Below are positions 1 to 13,116 of a DNA stretch of 64,000 nt, in pieces. Every line of letters begins with the position of its first letter. Within the stretch, counting starts at the first letter, position 1. The stretch spans positions 73,160,001-73,224,000 of the forward strand of contig OX597825.1 in the NCBI GenBank assembly GCA_951406725.2, given 5' to 3'. Below the pieces are notes generated by a model, which saw only the letters and a program-made list of their open reading frames with translations, had not been told where the DNA came from and made no database searches. Position numbers and translations under genes: made by a program. The stretch is from Octopus vulgaris. Lineage: Eukaryota.

Positions 1-128
1 TATCCAATATACTGCTAGTGAAGTACCCAACAAAGTTAATACATAAATGTTAATGATTGCGATGCAATCAATTCATTTACTGTATTATATGGGCAAAGGT
101 AAAATGATTTACCACAAATTACTAATAC

Positions 129-389
129 AAGATAAGAAAATGGAGAAATACATCTAAATCAAATATCAATTACCAGATAATACTCAATCACATACTTTAT
201 TAAACCACCACATAAGAGACTGTAGGGTTAAATATAAAAAGCAGAACAAATCAGTGTACATAAAGGAGTGTACATAAAAAAGTGTACATAAAAGAGTAAT
301 GTTGTATAATAATTAGAATATATATAAAAAAGAATATTGAGTATTATCTGGTAATTGATATTTGATTTAGATGTATTTCTCCATTTTCT

Positions 390-395
<6 letters not shown>
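129..395. repeat. Fold-back inverted repeat (60-bp arms 129-188 / 336-395) abutting (TA)n
   Basis: aagataagaaaatggag...gataatactcaat is the exact reverse complement of attgagtattatc...ttttcttatctt; (TA)n follows at 397-441. Confidence 0.9.
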
Positions 396-443
<48 letters not shown>

Positions 444-582
444 TCCATGCCCATATTAGAAGTTGTCTATTCTTAGATACAATAGCGACAACATGAATTT
501 CTTCTATCCTCTTGCTCTGTTAAAATATTTAAGAAAAATTATATTAATATTTCCTACTTGTTAAAATTCCATGTATCTATTT

Positions 583-670
583 GTGCAGCTGAAGATGGCA
601 TTGCATTAAAATTGATGTAATGATTGCATTGTTCAATTAAATGGGGTCGCTTAAAGCGGTCGTACTGCAT
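583..670 (+). ncRNA. Degenerate type-I hammerhead ribozyme motif in a (TA)n-flanked insert
   Basis: Stem I gtgcag/ctgcat brackets CTGAAGA (589-595), a long imperfect stem II, a decayed GAAA (ttaaa) and a GTA triplet. Confidence 0.45.
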
Positions 671-1154
671 CACTACTTGATATCCTGTTGCTTATTCTGA
701 TTATATATATATAAAACAAAGTTATTTTATTCCACACAAATAGAAATATAGAAAAAGTAACTTAAAAATGCACTACGATTCGATTAGTGTTTAATTTTAA
801 ACCTTTTAAAGACTTAACCGTTTTCACAGATTTTTATGATTTTCAAAAGTTGAGAGAGAAAGACCTGGTGCTATGCTACAACTGTCTTGATTCTGACTGG
901 AGTTAAGAAATTCACGTTTTCTTTTTAAGAGAGAAAACATGGCACAAATTAATATCTGTTTTGGATACCTTTTGAGGATGATCACGTGATTGGATTTAGA
1001 AATTTTTGTAAGTTACCCTCTACGTCCGTTCTTTAATGCCATGAGATAATGTATTTGGCACCGTATATTAAAGCTTTCAAGGTTGCGTGAACCTGTCTAG
1101 TGACAGTCCCAAACAATCAAAGCTCTCTGAATTTAGACTGTTAAGTGTAGTAAA

Positions 1155-1760
<606 letters not shown>

Positions 1761-1762
1761 AT

Positions 1763-1876
1763 GAATTGTCTGAAAGCAACCCCAAATCCCGAGTTGACAT
1801 CTGCTCTTCTCTCCATTCTTGCGAACTCATTTTACGCTTTTTGGATAGATGTGTGACTGGTGACGAAAAATATGTA
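1763..1876 (+). pseudogene. mariner-family transposase fragment
   Basis: Translates ELSESNPKSRVDICSSLHSCELILRFLDRCVTGDEKYV, matching the mariner segment from WVPHEL to FLDRIVTGDEKW (first catalytic D). Confidence 0.8.
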
Positions 1877-1880
1877 TAAT

Positions 1881-1912
<32 letters not shown>

Positions 1913-1943
1913 TGTATGTATGTATGTATGTATGTATGTATGC

Positions 1944-1976
<33 letters not shown>

Positions 1977-2455
1977 TGTATGTATGTATGTATGTATGTA
2001 TGTATACATACATACATACATACATACATAATGGAGTAATGTTCTCATTCGCCTATTAAAAATGATGTGGACTTGTCAGACACCCTAGAGTATACCAACA
2101 ACGTACAATTCAACGTAACGCGTGCTTTGGACCAGCCCCTAAGCGCTAAGTACTCAGAAGGTTGATTTTCTCTGTGTACACATCCAGAATATCCTATTTG
2201 ATACTCACCAACCATAGCCCGAAACCACATGTTTATCGAACCCTACCTGGTGTATATCTTTTCAAGTACCTGATTCTGTCTGAATCCTCATTTCACTATA
2301 TATATATATATATATATATATTATATTATATTAAATTAGAGACAAAACCACTATTAGGCAAATCATACAATGAAAAACTTAAGCCAATACATAAGATTAT
2401 TTAATTTATATTATTTAAATATATAACAAAATTATAAAAAAAATATAATTAATAT

Positions 2456-2523
2456 ATCACTACGATCGTTTCATGGCTGTTAATTTCTTTAAATTTTCGA
2501 GTTACAGTCATTCATCAGGTGGT
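2456..2523 (-). ncRNA. Minimal type-I hammerhead ribozyme, canonical core
   Basis: Minus strand: cac-CTGATGA-atgactgt...acagccat-GAAA-cgatc-GTA-gtg. Stem II pairs 7/8 and stem/loop III is palindromic (acgatcgt). Insert 2320-2570 is flanked by (TA)n on both sides. Confidence 0.75.
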
Positions 2524-2567
2524 TTAAATATTTATCTTGGCGATGTTTAATTCCCTAATATTTATTA

Positions 2568-2598
<31 letters not shown>

Positions 2599-3239
2599 CA
2601 TGTGACCGACCAGACCATCAGATGTTGCTACACATCGCTGGTCACAATGCGTTCGCATTGTTTTAGCCTTCGAATGACGCCACTCCCCTGGCTAAGCGAG
2701 CAGACCAATATATATATATATATATATGGTACTTATTCTATCCGTAGCTTTTGCCGAACCACTAATATAAGTGGGCGTAAATGAAACCAATACTGGTTAT
2801 CAAGCTGCAGTGGGGTAGAAACACATGCACAAAGATACACACACACACACACACATACAGACACACACACGCACACCTGTTATATTGTTGATAGACGAGG
2901 TTCATCTACAACGGCCGTAACTCCCTACTTGAATGGGCAACGACACTACAAAACTTGACTTAGAAAGGATTAAATCCTATCAGGTGGTGCTACTAAGTCA
3001 GACATGACCTGGGCCAATGTTTGGTCGAAACATATCGACGTTGTGGGTGAATGTTGGTACCTAGACTGTGTGATTTGGTAGTGATAAGCGTATGCTGTGA
3101 TACGGCAACGAATTTATCCACTTCTTTTATGTAGTTTGCTAAGCATTTTAATGATGTTCTACTTAACGCTTCAAGAGAGAACAATCTGAATTTTATGGAA
3201 AACTGTTTTAATATTATCATTTCTTTTTCTTTTGATTTT

Positions 3240-3655
3240 TTTTTCCAGTTATTAGACTGCAGCGATGCTCAACCAGCGCCTTGAAAAGTTTTTAGTCGAA
3301 CGAATCGACTTTAGTCCTTTTTTTTTTATAAAAAAAAATCTGGTAATTATTCCATGTCTTTTTTGTCAAACTGCGAAGTTACGGGGACGTAAATAAACGA
3401 ACACCGGCTGTCAAACGGTGGTGAGGGACAAACACAGTCACAAAAACACACACATATACATACACACACACACACACATATATATATACATGCACACAAT
3501 GGGCTTCTTTCAGTTTCCGTCTACCAAACCCACTCACAAGGCTTTGGTCGGCCCGTGGGTATTTTTGAAGACACATACCTAAGGTGCAATGCATTGGAAT
3601 CGAACCTGGAATCATGTGGTTGGGAAGCAAGCTTCTTAGCACACAGCTACCTCTG
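3240..3655 (-). mobile_element. SINE family D copy with internal microsatellite
   Basis: Reverse-complement similarity to the full copy at 39402-39843 across head, caccttgggcaag core and tail. Confidence 0.75.
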
Positions 3656-3793
3656 AGCTTATGTCGTACATTTTCGTACTTCTATGTTCCTCTTTTGACT
3701 TTATTATGACTGATTTTTTTTCATTATGGATAGGCAAAATCAAGAATAAAAATAGGAGAAAAACATCAAAAACCGATTGGAGGTATACAGTAA

Positions 3794-4583
3794 AGGCGGC
3801 GAGCTGGCAGAAACGTTAGCACGCCGGGCAAAATGCATAGCGTTATTTCGTCTGCTGTTACGTTCTGAGTTCAAATTCCGCCGAGGTCGACTTTGCCTTT
3901 CATCCTTTCGGGGTCGATTAAATAAGTACCAGTTGCGCACTGGGGTCGATATAATCGGCTTAATCCGTTTGTCTGTCCTTGTTAGTCCTCTCTGTGTTTA
4001 GCCCCTTGTGGGTAGTAAAGAAATAGGTATTTTGTCTGCCGCTACGTTCTGAGTTCATATTCCGCCGAGGTCGACTTTGCCTTTCATCCTTTCGGGGTCG
4101 ATTAAATAAGTACCAGTTGCGCACTGGGGTCGATATAATCGGCTTAATCCGTTTGTCTGTCCTTGTTTGTCCTCTCTGTGTTTAGCCCCTTGTGGTTAGT
4201 AAAGAAATAGGTATTTCGTCTGCCGTTACGTTCTGAGTTCAAATTCCGCCGAGGTCGACTTTGCCTTTCATCCTTTCGGGGGTCGATTAAATAAGTACCA
4301 GTTGCGCACTGGGGTCGATATAATCGGCTTAATCCGTTTGTCTCTCCTTGTTTGTCCCCTCTCTGTGTTTAGCCCCTTGTGGGTAGTAAAGAAATAGGTA
4401 TTTCGTCTGCCGTTACGTTCTGAGTTCAAATTCCGCCGAGGTCGACTTTGCCTTTCATCCTTTCGGGGTCGATTAAATAAGTACCAGTTGCGCACTGGGG
4501 TCGATATAATCGGCTTAATCCCTTTGTCTGTCCTTGTTTGTCCCCTCTCTGTGTTTAGCCCCTTGTGGGTAGTAAAGAAATAG
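3794..4583 (+). mobile_element. SINE family A: one headed copy plus three headless 184-187 bp tandem units
   Basis: Head ggcggcgagctggcagaaacgttagc with B-box-like gagttcaaattcc; units start at 4027, 4211 and 4398; 13-bp direct repeat aggtatacagtaa at 3781-3793 and 4582-4594. Confidence 0.9.
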
Positions 4584-4639
4584 GTATACAGTAACTATAT
4601 TAGATCAACGCTCAGTGAAAGTTTTAGATGGAAAAATTG

Positions 4640-5997
4640 AAATTGGGCGAAGTAGATGGCCTCTTTGCCGTGGGAGAGGTGGAAGGAAGAGAAAAGAAAT
4701 CAAAGTAGGGGAGGGAGTCAGTAGGTTTGAGGAACTAGAAGTGGTGAGTGATGAGGGGGATCAAGAGAGAGAGAGAGAGTTGAAGGAGGTGTCGGAGATG
4801 ACAGAAGTAAACTGAAGAGAGGGATGCCAGGGAAAACGAAATAGTTGAAAAGCTGTTCACGGGAGAGTGAGATCGCGCCGATTTAGTGTACCGACCGCAG
4901 GGCTCTGGAGGCCCATCTGGTGAACTGAGAAAAGGTTTGGGCCTTGACGTAGCCGACAAATAAGTCGATGAAGTTGGGGCCCATTCTTGTTCCCATAGCG
5001 ACTCCAGATACTTTCTGGTAGGTGGAGGCGCAATGGCCCAGTGGTTAGGGCAGCGGACTCGCGGTCATAGGATCGCGGTTTCGATTCCCAGACCGGGCGT
5101 TGTGAGTGTTTATTGAGCGAAAACACCTAAAAGCTCCACGAGGCTCCGGCAGGGGATGGTGGTGATCCCTGCTGTACTCTTTCACCACAACTTTCTCTCA
5201 CTCTTACTTCCTGTTTCTGTTGTACCTGTATTTCAAGGGGCCGGCCTTGTCACTCTCTGTGTCACGCTGAATATCCCCGAGAACTACGTTAAGAGTGCAC
5301 GTGTCTGTGGAGTGCTCAGCCACTTACACGTTAATTTCACGAGCAGGCTGTTCCGTTGATGTGGATCAACCGGAACCCTCATCGTCGTAACCGACGGAGT
5401 GCTTCCACTCCACTTTCTGGCAGACATCGCTCGCAAACGCGAAGCAGATGAGATAGAGAATGATTTCAGTGAATCGGAGATGTGCTGGGTTTGAGGACGG
5501 TGCGACAGTTGAGGAAGTACTGGGTTGGGGTGGATGCAGTCATTGTGGAGGGATGATGCTGTATAGGGATTTGATGTTCATGGTTAAAAGGAGGAAGGAG
5601 GGAAGGAAAGGGAATTGAAAAAGCAAATGGCATGATTGATACCGTGGATGTAGAACGAAAGGGAAACGAGTAAAGGAAAAAGGATGAGGTCCAGATATTT
5701 GGGAATAAGTTCAGACAGAACGATGAAGCGTCCAGGGGTGTTGGGCTTGTGGAGGAGGTGCGAGGAGTTTGGACAATTAGACAGGTGGCATTAGGAGGGA
5801 GGAAAGAAGACGAGCCGTGGTCCTGGATGGCGGAGGACACACGCTGCTGTAGGAAGGGGTTAGATCAGAGAGAAGGAGGCGATAGAACGCGGGTTTACGA
5901 AGCTGTCGGAACGCTTCCTCCATGGAAAGGTCAGCATCTGAAGATCAGCTCCACCCTGGTCAACTTGTTTAATGACGATGTCGTCCTGGCGACAGAG
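4640..5997 (-). pseudogene. Decayed Penelope-like element reverse transcriptase, interrupted by a SINE
   Basis: Frameshifted motifs in order: DDIVIKQVDQGGA, LHKPNTPGRFIV, IPKYLDLIL, TMNIKSLYSIIP, SGVAMGTRMGPNFIDLFVGYV, HPSLQFTSVISDTS, KPTDS. These correspond to PLE RT motifs IKPADKG, IHKP..PGRPIV, MDVxSLYTxIP, GxAMGTxMxP, HPxLKFT, KPTD. Confidence 0.85.
5023..5411 (+). mobile_element. SINE family B, full length, inserted in the PLE RT
   Basis: tRNA-like head tggcccagtggtta...gtttcgattccc; 9-bp TSD actttctgg at 5010-5018 and 5412-5420; paralogues at 17716, 18073 and 44772(-). Confidence 0.9.
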
Positions 5998-6290
5998 TTT
6001 GCCGAGGGCTGAGAATTCGGCTGAGAATTTTGACGGCGAGATCTTTCCTTAAAATCAAAATGGTTGACTACGTTGTTGTATGAGTTCATACGTACATACA
6101 GACATTGACTCTGTTCCCCACTTATGGATACTAGAAGTCCTTCAACTTGCTAAAGTTCCAGTGAGAACAGACAAAGCCATAGCCGACCTGACTTCATTGT
6201 GGGCCACCATCTTGAAAATAAAATCACAAAGCGTGACTGTGTTACCACTGATAGAATGCATTACCGCAAAGTATATGCATATATACATAC

Positions 6291-6353
<63 letters not shown>

Positions 6354-6454
6354 TATGCATATACACACATACATACTATACATATGTATGCATATACTTA
6401 CATCACACCAGACATACAAATGCATACATAAGTATTCATATACCTACAGCAGGT

Positions 6455-6503
<49 letters not shown>

Positions 6504-7019
6504 ACACACAAACACACACAAACACATTTATGTACATACACATGTATATATGCGTGAATACATGACTGTTTGCGTTTGTAAATCTCGATAAATATTCTCG
6601 TCCTTGTAAAATGAACCACTGTCGAGATAAATAATACGTATTGATAGAGAAGAGATAAACATCTCTTTGAATGCTCGTATGCGTATACCTTAGCGTTAGA
6701 GTATTAGATAGTATATGCGTGTGTGTATGTGTGTGTGTATGTGTGTGTGTATGTTTGTGCATGTGTGTGTGTGTGTGTATTGTGCATGCGGCTGTGAATT
6801 GTTGAAATGTGTACTTATAGTGTTAAACATGAAACTCAGAAAAATCTTCTCATACATTAACACAGTTCTGCCTATGAATGTACACCGTGTGTTTTTGCTG
6901 TCGGTTCCTTCATTCTTGTCGGCCCACCTACACTTCCACTCTTCCTGGCCCACCCCTCTCTCTCTCCCCTCTCTTTTCCATACTATATATATGTGTGTGT
7001 GTAAGTGTATATATACATT

Positions 7020-7107
<88 letters not shown>

Positions 7108-7308
7108 TACATATATATATATGTAAATCTACACATATATATGTACATATATACATACACACACATACTTATATATATGTACATATAAGCATGTATGTGT
7201 TTGTATGTGTATGTTAGCCCTGATCTGTTGATCAGGTGAGCAAACTACGATGTGACGTTCCAACCAATAACCAACTCCTACGCCCACATCGTCAGATGTT
7301 TGTTTACT

Positions 7309-7349
<41 letters not shown>

Positions 7350-7419
7350 TTCCCTCATCCTTCTATCCTTTTATTTTGACAATACGTTTCTGTACACACA
7401 TACCTATACATGTGTGTGC

Positions 7420-7450
<31 letters not shown>

Positions 7451-7483
7451 CGTATATAAATATGTATATATATTTATACATAC

Positions 7484-7563
<80 letters not shown>

Positions 7564-7726
7564 GCATATGTACACACTATATACAGATAAACTTACATCG
7601 CTACAGACATACAAATGCATACATAGGTATTCATGTACCTACAGCAGGCAAACAATATATGTACCGTACAAATATATGTACGTATGTGTATGTACATATA
7701 CACACATGATATATATACTTACATAC

Positions 7727-7791
<65 letters not shown>

Positions 7792-7807
7792 CATACATAT
7801 ACATATG

Positions 7808-7849
<42 letters not shown>

Positions 7850-8728
7850 GTTCTAGTATACCTAAGTGTGTTTTTGTGTGCATTTATGCGCGCGCTAGGC
7901 ATGTATAAGACTTACTTTTAATATTTCTGCAACGGGGTATACATAGATACGTCATCCCCTTCCTACTACCCCGACTCCTACTCCTACTCATACACTTACC
8001 CCTCTCTCTATTTTGTATGTATTTGTCTTTCAATTATAAATACACAATCTTTTCTTTTCTTTCCTCTTTTTTTTTTCGTTTCACAAATCACACAGTTATT
8101 CAAAAGCTTGCTAAAAACTCTAGCCAAAAGCAGTTGACATTCAGTTCAGTGTTTACACAAGTGCATAACATTCTGATGAGAGATTGCTACAAGAGAAGAT
8201 GCGGTAACTTTAGATTTCATACATCGGAAAGACAAACAGGATTTGTAGACACACCAAACCATAGCGACATTCCTCCTTTAGACTTATGAATGTATGAAAA
8301 GTAGCGTTTGATTTATTATATAATTTTTTCTTTGAAAAGATTATCTAAACTCTATATATTTTGTGTTTATAATTCTTTTATTTGTTTGTTATTTTTTTTT
8401 AAGAATTTCTATCTTCCCGCTTGTTTTCGTATATCATCTATCTGTTGTTTGTCGTTTTTATACAAAATGGCGGTTGAAAATATGAACGGCGCAGATGCAT
8501 ATTCAAGAAATGTAGTTTAGTCGTTGCTAATATATTGTTTAGCTTCAAGTCATACATGACCGAGCAAACCTACAATGAAAGACGTTTCAGATCTGATCAC
8601 CATGTTATTTGTATTATAATCTAAACTTCCTTGCCCGACATGTTCTCCCTATTTTTAAAGAGTGCTGCCTGTATTTATTGTAAATCTTATATGGACCCCC
8701 AGGGGCCAAATGGACAACTGTTCTAGAC

Positions 8729-8981
8729 CAATGGTTCTTAAGCGGGGACCACATGACCCTTGAGGGTCCATATAAGGTTTTGCTGTTAAAATTTGTGTGC
8801 AGCAAATCGCTTATATTTCTACATTACACAAAATGCTTTAACAATTTTTAATACGATTCTGAATAATATTTAATTATAAAAGATAATAGAATTTTTAAAA
8901 ATTTGAAATGGTTTTGAGGGCCCACCTGAATGAAACAGAAATCAAATGGCTCCATTGGAAAAAACTGGTTGGGATCCACTG
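8729..8981. mobile_element. hAT (Charlie-like) MITE
   Basis: Imperfect TIRs caatggttcttaa / ttgggatccactg, both flanked by tctagac, the nTCTAGAn-type target of Charlie hATs. Confidence 0.6.
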
Positions 8982-9118
8982 AATCTAGACCGTCTGCCCA
9001 ATGATCTACAAATTCTGAAGTGCTGTCTTCAAAACGTTTTGTCGTCGTTCTACCAATCACCTAACTTGGATTCTACGAATCACCTAACTTTAAAGCCTTC
9101 TGTATCCTCTTCTAGTGA

Positions 9119-9452
9119 AGGCGCATGGCTCAATGGTTAGAGCGTCGAGCTTACGATCGTGAGGTTGTGAGCTCGAATCCCAGACCGGGTTGCGTGTTGT
9201 GTTCTTGAGCAAGACACTTTATTTCACGTTGCTCCAGTTCACTCAGCTGTAGAAATGAGTTGTGATGTCACTAGTGCCAAGCTGTATCGGCCCTTGCCTC
9301 TCCCTTGGATAACACTGGTGGCGTGGAGAGGGGAAGCCGGTATGCATGGGCGACTGCTGGTCTTCCATAAACCACCTTTCCCAGACTTGTGACCAGGAGG
9401 GTAACTTTCTAGGTGCAATCCCATGGTCAGTGTCGTGACCGAAGGGGGTCAA
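9119..9452 (+). mobile_element. SINE family C
   Basis: tRNA-like head tggctcaatggtta...gctcgaatccc followed by gtgttcttgagcaagacacttt; same head recurs at 17150-17381(-), 17456(+) and 46436-46948(-). Confidence 0.8.
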
Positions 9453-10020
9453 CAATCAACAATCCTCTTCTACGATTTCTGAAGATTTATTGCCGGTCTT
9501 TAATATAGTCTATATATCATATATATAGACTATAGTATAAGATTATTATAAGATATGACAGTTTTATATAAGGGCGGTTCGTAGTCTTTTAGCACTCTGA
9601 AATATTTTGGTAAATCAATAATGCTCCGTGATCTTTTTTTGTAATATAAAAGTAAGATATCAGAACCGTCACTAGCAAGCGAGAGTGATTTGAACATGTT
9701 TTGGGTCATGAGAAGACACAGTAGACACCCCAATTCTCTCACCTTTGAAACAGCAAAATATCAAGGATGTGAAAGTGAAAGAGAGAGAGAGGGGGGAGGG
9801 AGGGAGAGAGAGAGAAGGATACACCAGTACCTGGCTGGTATCAGTTTTAGCTGAATAATCTGGAGTAATGTGAAACAAAGTACCTTGCTCAAGAACACAA
9901 CACCTTGCTCGTTCACGAATGGAACCCATGACCTTACGATCATGAGGTCAACACCTTAACGAGTTGGCTACTTAAATATAAAAGACCCAGTTTTTCTAGA
10001 ATTTTATGATTATCATTTCA

Positions 10021-10452
10021 CTAGCATTATAGCCCGGCGTTGATCGGCTTTGTTTTTTAGTTGCGCTTAAAACGGCAGACTTTGATGTCGCGTTAACAAA
10101 GTTTTGACATAGTTTCAATAGTTTTTGAAAAGAAAAAAATTTGCATTATGTAGCTTGTTATTCTCTTTAAGTGAACATTTTTCTGGTTGAAATACACCTA
10201 AAAATAGCGACACAGCAGTAAAAAAAAATTGGGATTTTCATAGAAAAAAGCACCTTTTTGATGTAAATAATTTTTGGTCTTAACAGGGTCCGATTTGAAT
10301 TTTTTCTTCTACGGAATGAAGAGCAACCCTTCTTCTATCATACTCTCAATTTTGGTCAACTTGCGCCGCAGGGTCTCGGAAGAGATAGTGTTAGTTGAAG
10401 GCTACCAAACCTGCCACACACACACAGACAACTTCAGCTTTATATGTATAGA
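10021..10452 (-). mobile_element. Non-autonomous Helitron
   Basis: Minus strand begins A|TC and ends CTAG|T, with a GC-rich hairpin (ccgatcaacgccgg) about 10 nt before the end; second copy at 32111-32473. Confidence 0.75.
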
Positions 10453-10962
10453 TAATATTCTTGTAGAAGTGTTTTTTTATTGTTTTCTTAGCAGTAAATG
10501 TTGCGCTAAGGGCTTTATGCCTTATACGGAGCTGTGGCTCCCCAATGCAGAGAGACTGACTGATCTCTGAGCCACCACGCACCCTACGCAAGTGAATTCG
10601 AAATCTAAAGATTATTTACCTCAATACAACAACGTAGATAGAATTGAATCTAGACTGTTAATTATCGTTTCAAACATTGACGCAAGGCCAGAAATTTAGA
10701 GAGAGATAAATTGTGGATTATATCGACAGCAGTATTTGTGTGGTTGATGGTTTATCTTACCGATCCCCGGAGGGATGAAATGCGAGGCCAACTGCGATGG
10801 GATTTGAACTAACTCCGGCCTGTAAACTAAACAATATAGCCGAATTATAGAATCCTACGTAACTAACTTGCAATGTTTGGTTTCAGCAAATTGTAATATG
10901 AGTAATTCAAACACTGGAATAAATTGTATGCATTTCGGCTACACACACACATACACGCGCGA

Positions 10963-11004
<42 letters not shown>

Positions 11005-11154
11005 ACATACTACATACATATATGCTTCTTCTTATTGAATTATTCATATTTTTCACCCCATTATGACATCACTGACGTTGATGACTGCGTATACGTGTGT
11101 GTATATGTGTGTGTGTATGCGTGTGTGTGCATGTATAAGTGTGTATGGGGAGAG

Positions 11155-11185
<31 letters not shown>

Positions 11186-11210
11186 AAGATATATATATAT
11201 ATATATATAT

Positions 11211-11315
<105 letters not shown>

Positions 11316-11616
11316 ATCTAGAAATTTGATGTTTTCCTTTCGGCAGATTTGATAGAGGTTTTCAGTGGAGCTACCTTTCAATATTTACTCATATAGCTTT
11401 AATTTCATAGTTTAAATCCCTTTTATCTTTAATACTCGATAAAATAAGTATTAAAGTCAAGTAGTGGAGGCAATTTAATTTACTTCATTTTGTCCACTAT
11501 AGCATTATAGTTATGTTGATGTTAACCAGAAACAGAGAAATCTCTGTATATGAATAATTATTTCAAATCTAGTCGCAAGGCAAGGAAATTTGAGGGGAAG
11601 GATTTAATGGAAAACA

Positions 11617-11660
11617 CAGTGAACAGGTCGCGGTCTCAAAGCGACGAAAATATTTTGACA
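11617..11660 (+). ncRNA. Hammerhead-like motif with G3-C8 swapped core
   Basis: ca-GTGAACA-g-gtcgc(ggtctcaaa)gcgac-GAAA-atatt-t-tgaca. Stem II is 5 perfect bp and stem III is palindromic (aatatt); stem I has only 2 bp here. Confidence 0.5.
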
Positions 11661-11792
11661 AATTAAATTTAAATGTGGAAGTGAATCTAACGGTTTTTGT
11701 GTGTTTCTTAAATGGCTTATAAACACCTTCCACGCTGCAATTGTTTTCGTTCCAACACACGATCTCAGATCAAGTCACTTGCTATGCAAGTA

Positions 11793-12401
11793 TATCCATA
11801 CTCTCAACAATGCCCCCATAAATATGGTTTCTGATTACAAATATCTTGGGTCATACATATCATCATTTGGAAAAGACTTTCTAACTAGAAAGGGTATGGC
11901 CTGGTCAGCCTGTAATGACATGCATAAGATCTGGCCATCAAATCTAAGTAGAGACTTCAAACTTGAAATCTTCAAAGCCACAGTCGAACCAATTCTACTA
12001 TATGGCTCAGAAACCTGGACGTTATCAAAGAAGCTTGAGAGGCGGTTGGATGGAACCTACACTCGCCTCCTTATGAGAGCTCAAAATCTCTCGTGGAAGC
12101 GCCATCCAACCAAAATGCAAATATATGGGAAACTACCACCTGTGTCATCTCTTGTGAAAGGTAGGAGAGTCCAGTTTGCTGGACATTGTTGTAGAGCTGA
12201 AAAGAAGTAATTTCTACTCTTCTCCTCTGGAAGCCATCTACTCGCAATACCAGAGGGCGCACACTCTCCTACCCTGATGTAATCTCCAGGGATACAGGCA
12301 TCCAGTAACAGGACCTCCGTAATGCCATGATGGACCGTGAAGTCTGGCGTAGCATGGTAAATTCCATTGTCTCGACCACGGTCGAACAATGATGATGATG
12401 A
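11793..12401 (+). mobile_element. RTE-clade LINE 3' end (5'-truncated)
   Basis: YKYLGS...ILLYGSETW...VQFAGHC...RGR...DREVWR C-terminus with two in-frame stops, ending in a (TGA)4 tail. Confidence 0.9.
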
Positions 12402-13046
12402 CATCTCCAGAATCTAACTGATAATTTATCAATCCTGGAAGGATATAAGACAACTTTGATCTTAGCAGGATTTGAAATCAGAACGTAGCGAGCAACCGGA
12501 AGAGACACCCAAGTATTTTCCCTATGCTGTAAGGATACTGCCAATCCATAACTTTCAGCGTCGCATATAAATAATTTCTATTTTAGGCACAAGGCCTGAA
12601 ATGTTTGTGGGAAGGCGGAGGGTGGGGCTAGTCACTCACATAAGCATGCACACATACACATACATACAGAATAAAACATCAGATGAAATGGACGTGTGTG
12701 TGAGAGAGAGTGAGTGCCACTTAGACATCAATCTCTCTCCTTCTCTCTCTCTCTCTGTCTCACTCACATACCCGTTCACTCACACTCATTCTATCACATC
12801 TATCACTCTATCACATAAATGTATACAAACGTACATACAAAAACACACGTGTGCGTGTGTGACTCACTACAAATACATAGAGCTGAACACAGTGCGCAAA
12901 AGGTAAACAAATGAAAAATGTTTTCGGAAATTAATTAAATGTGCCGGTTCAAGCGAAAGAATGCCCATATTTTTTGGGACGCCACATGTTGAATTTCAAA
13001 ATTCTAATGCGATATTTGTGTAATAACAAAATCAAACCTGGAGTGT

Positions 13047-13116
<70 letters not shown>

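Noticed and set aside
808-852. Possible U3-A8 hammerhead on minus (actt-TTGAAAA...GAAA-acggtt-aagt)
   Set aside because: Stems II and III pair poorly; could arise by chance in AT-rich DNA.
3794-4583. Regular ~185-bp repeats as a CRISPR array or tRNA gene cluster
   Set aside because: No unique spacers, and the units are SINE bodies without a complete cloverleaf.
8172-8235. CTGATGA...GAAA
   Set aside because: No stems close the core.
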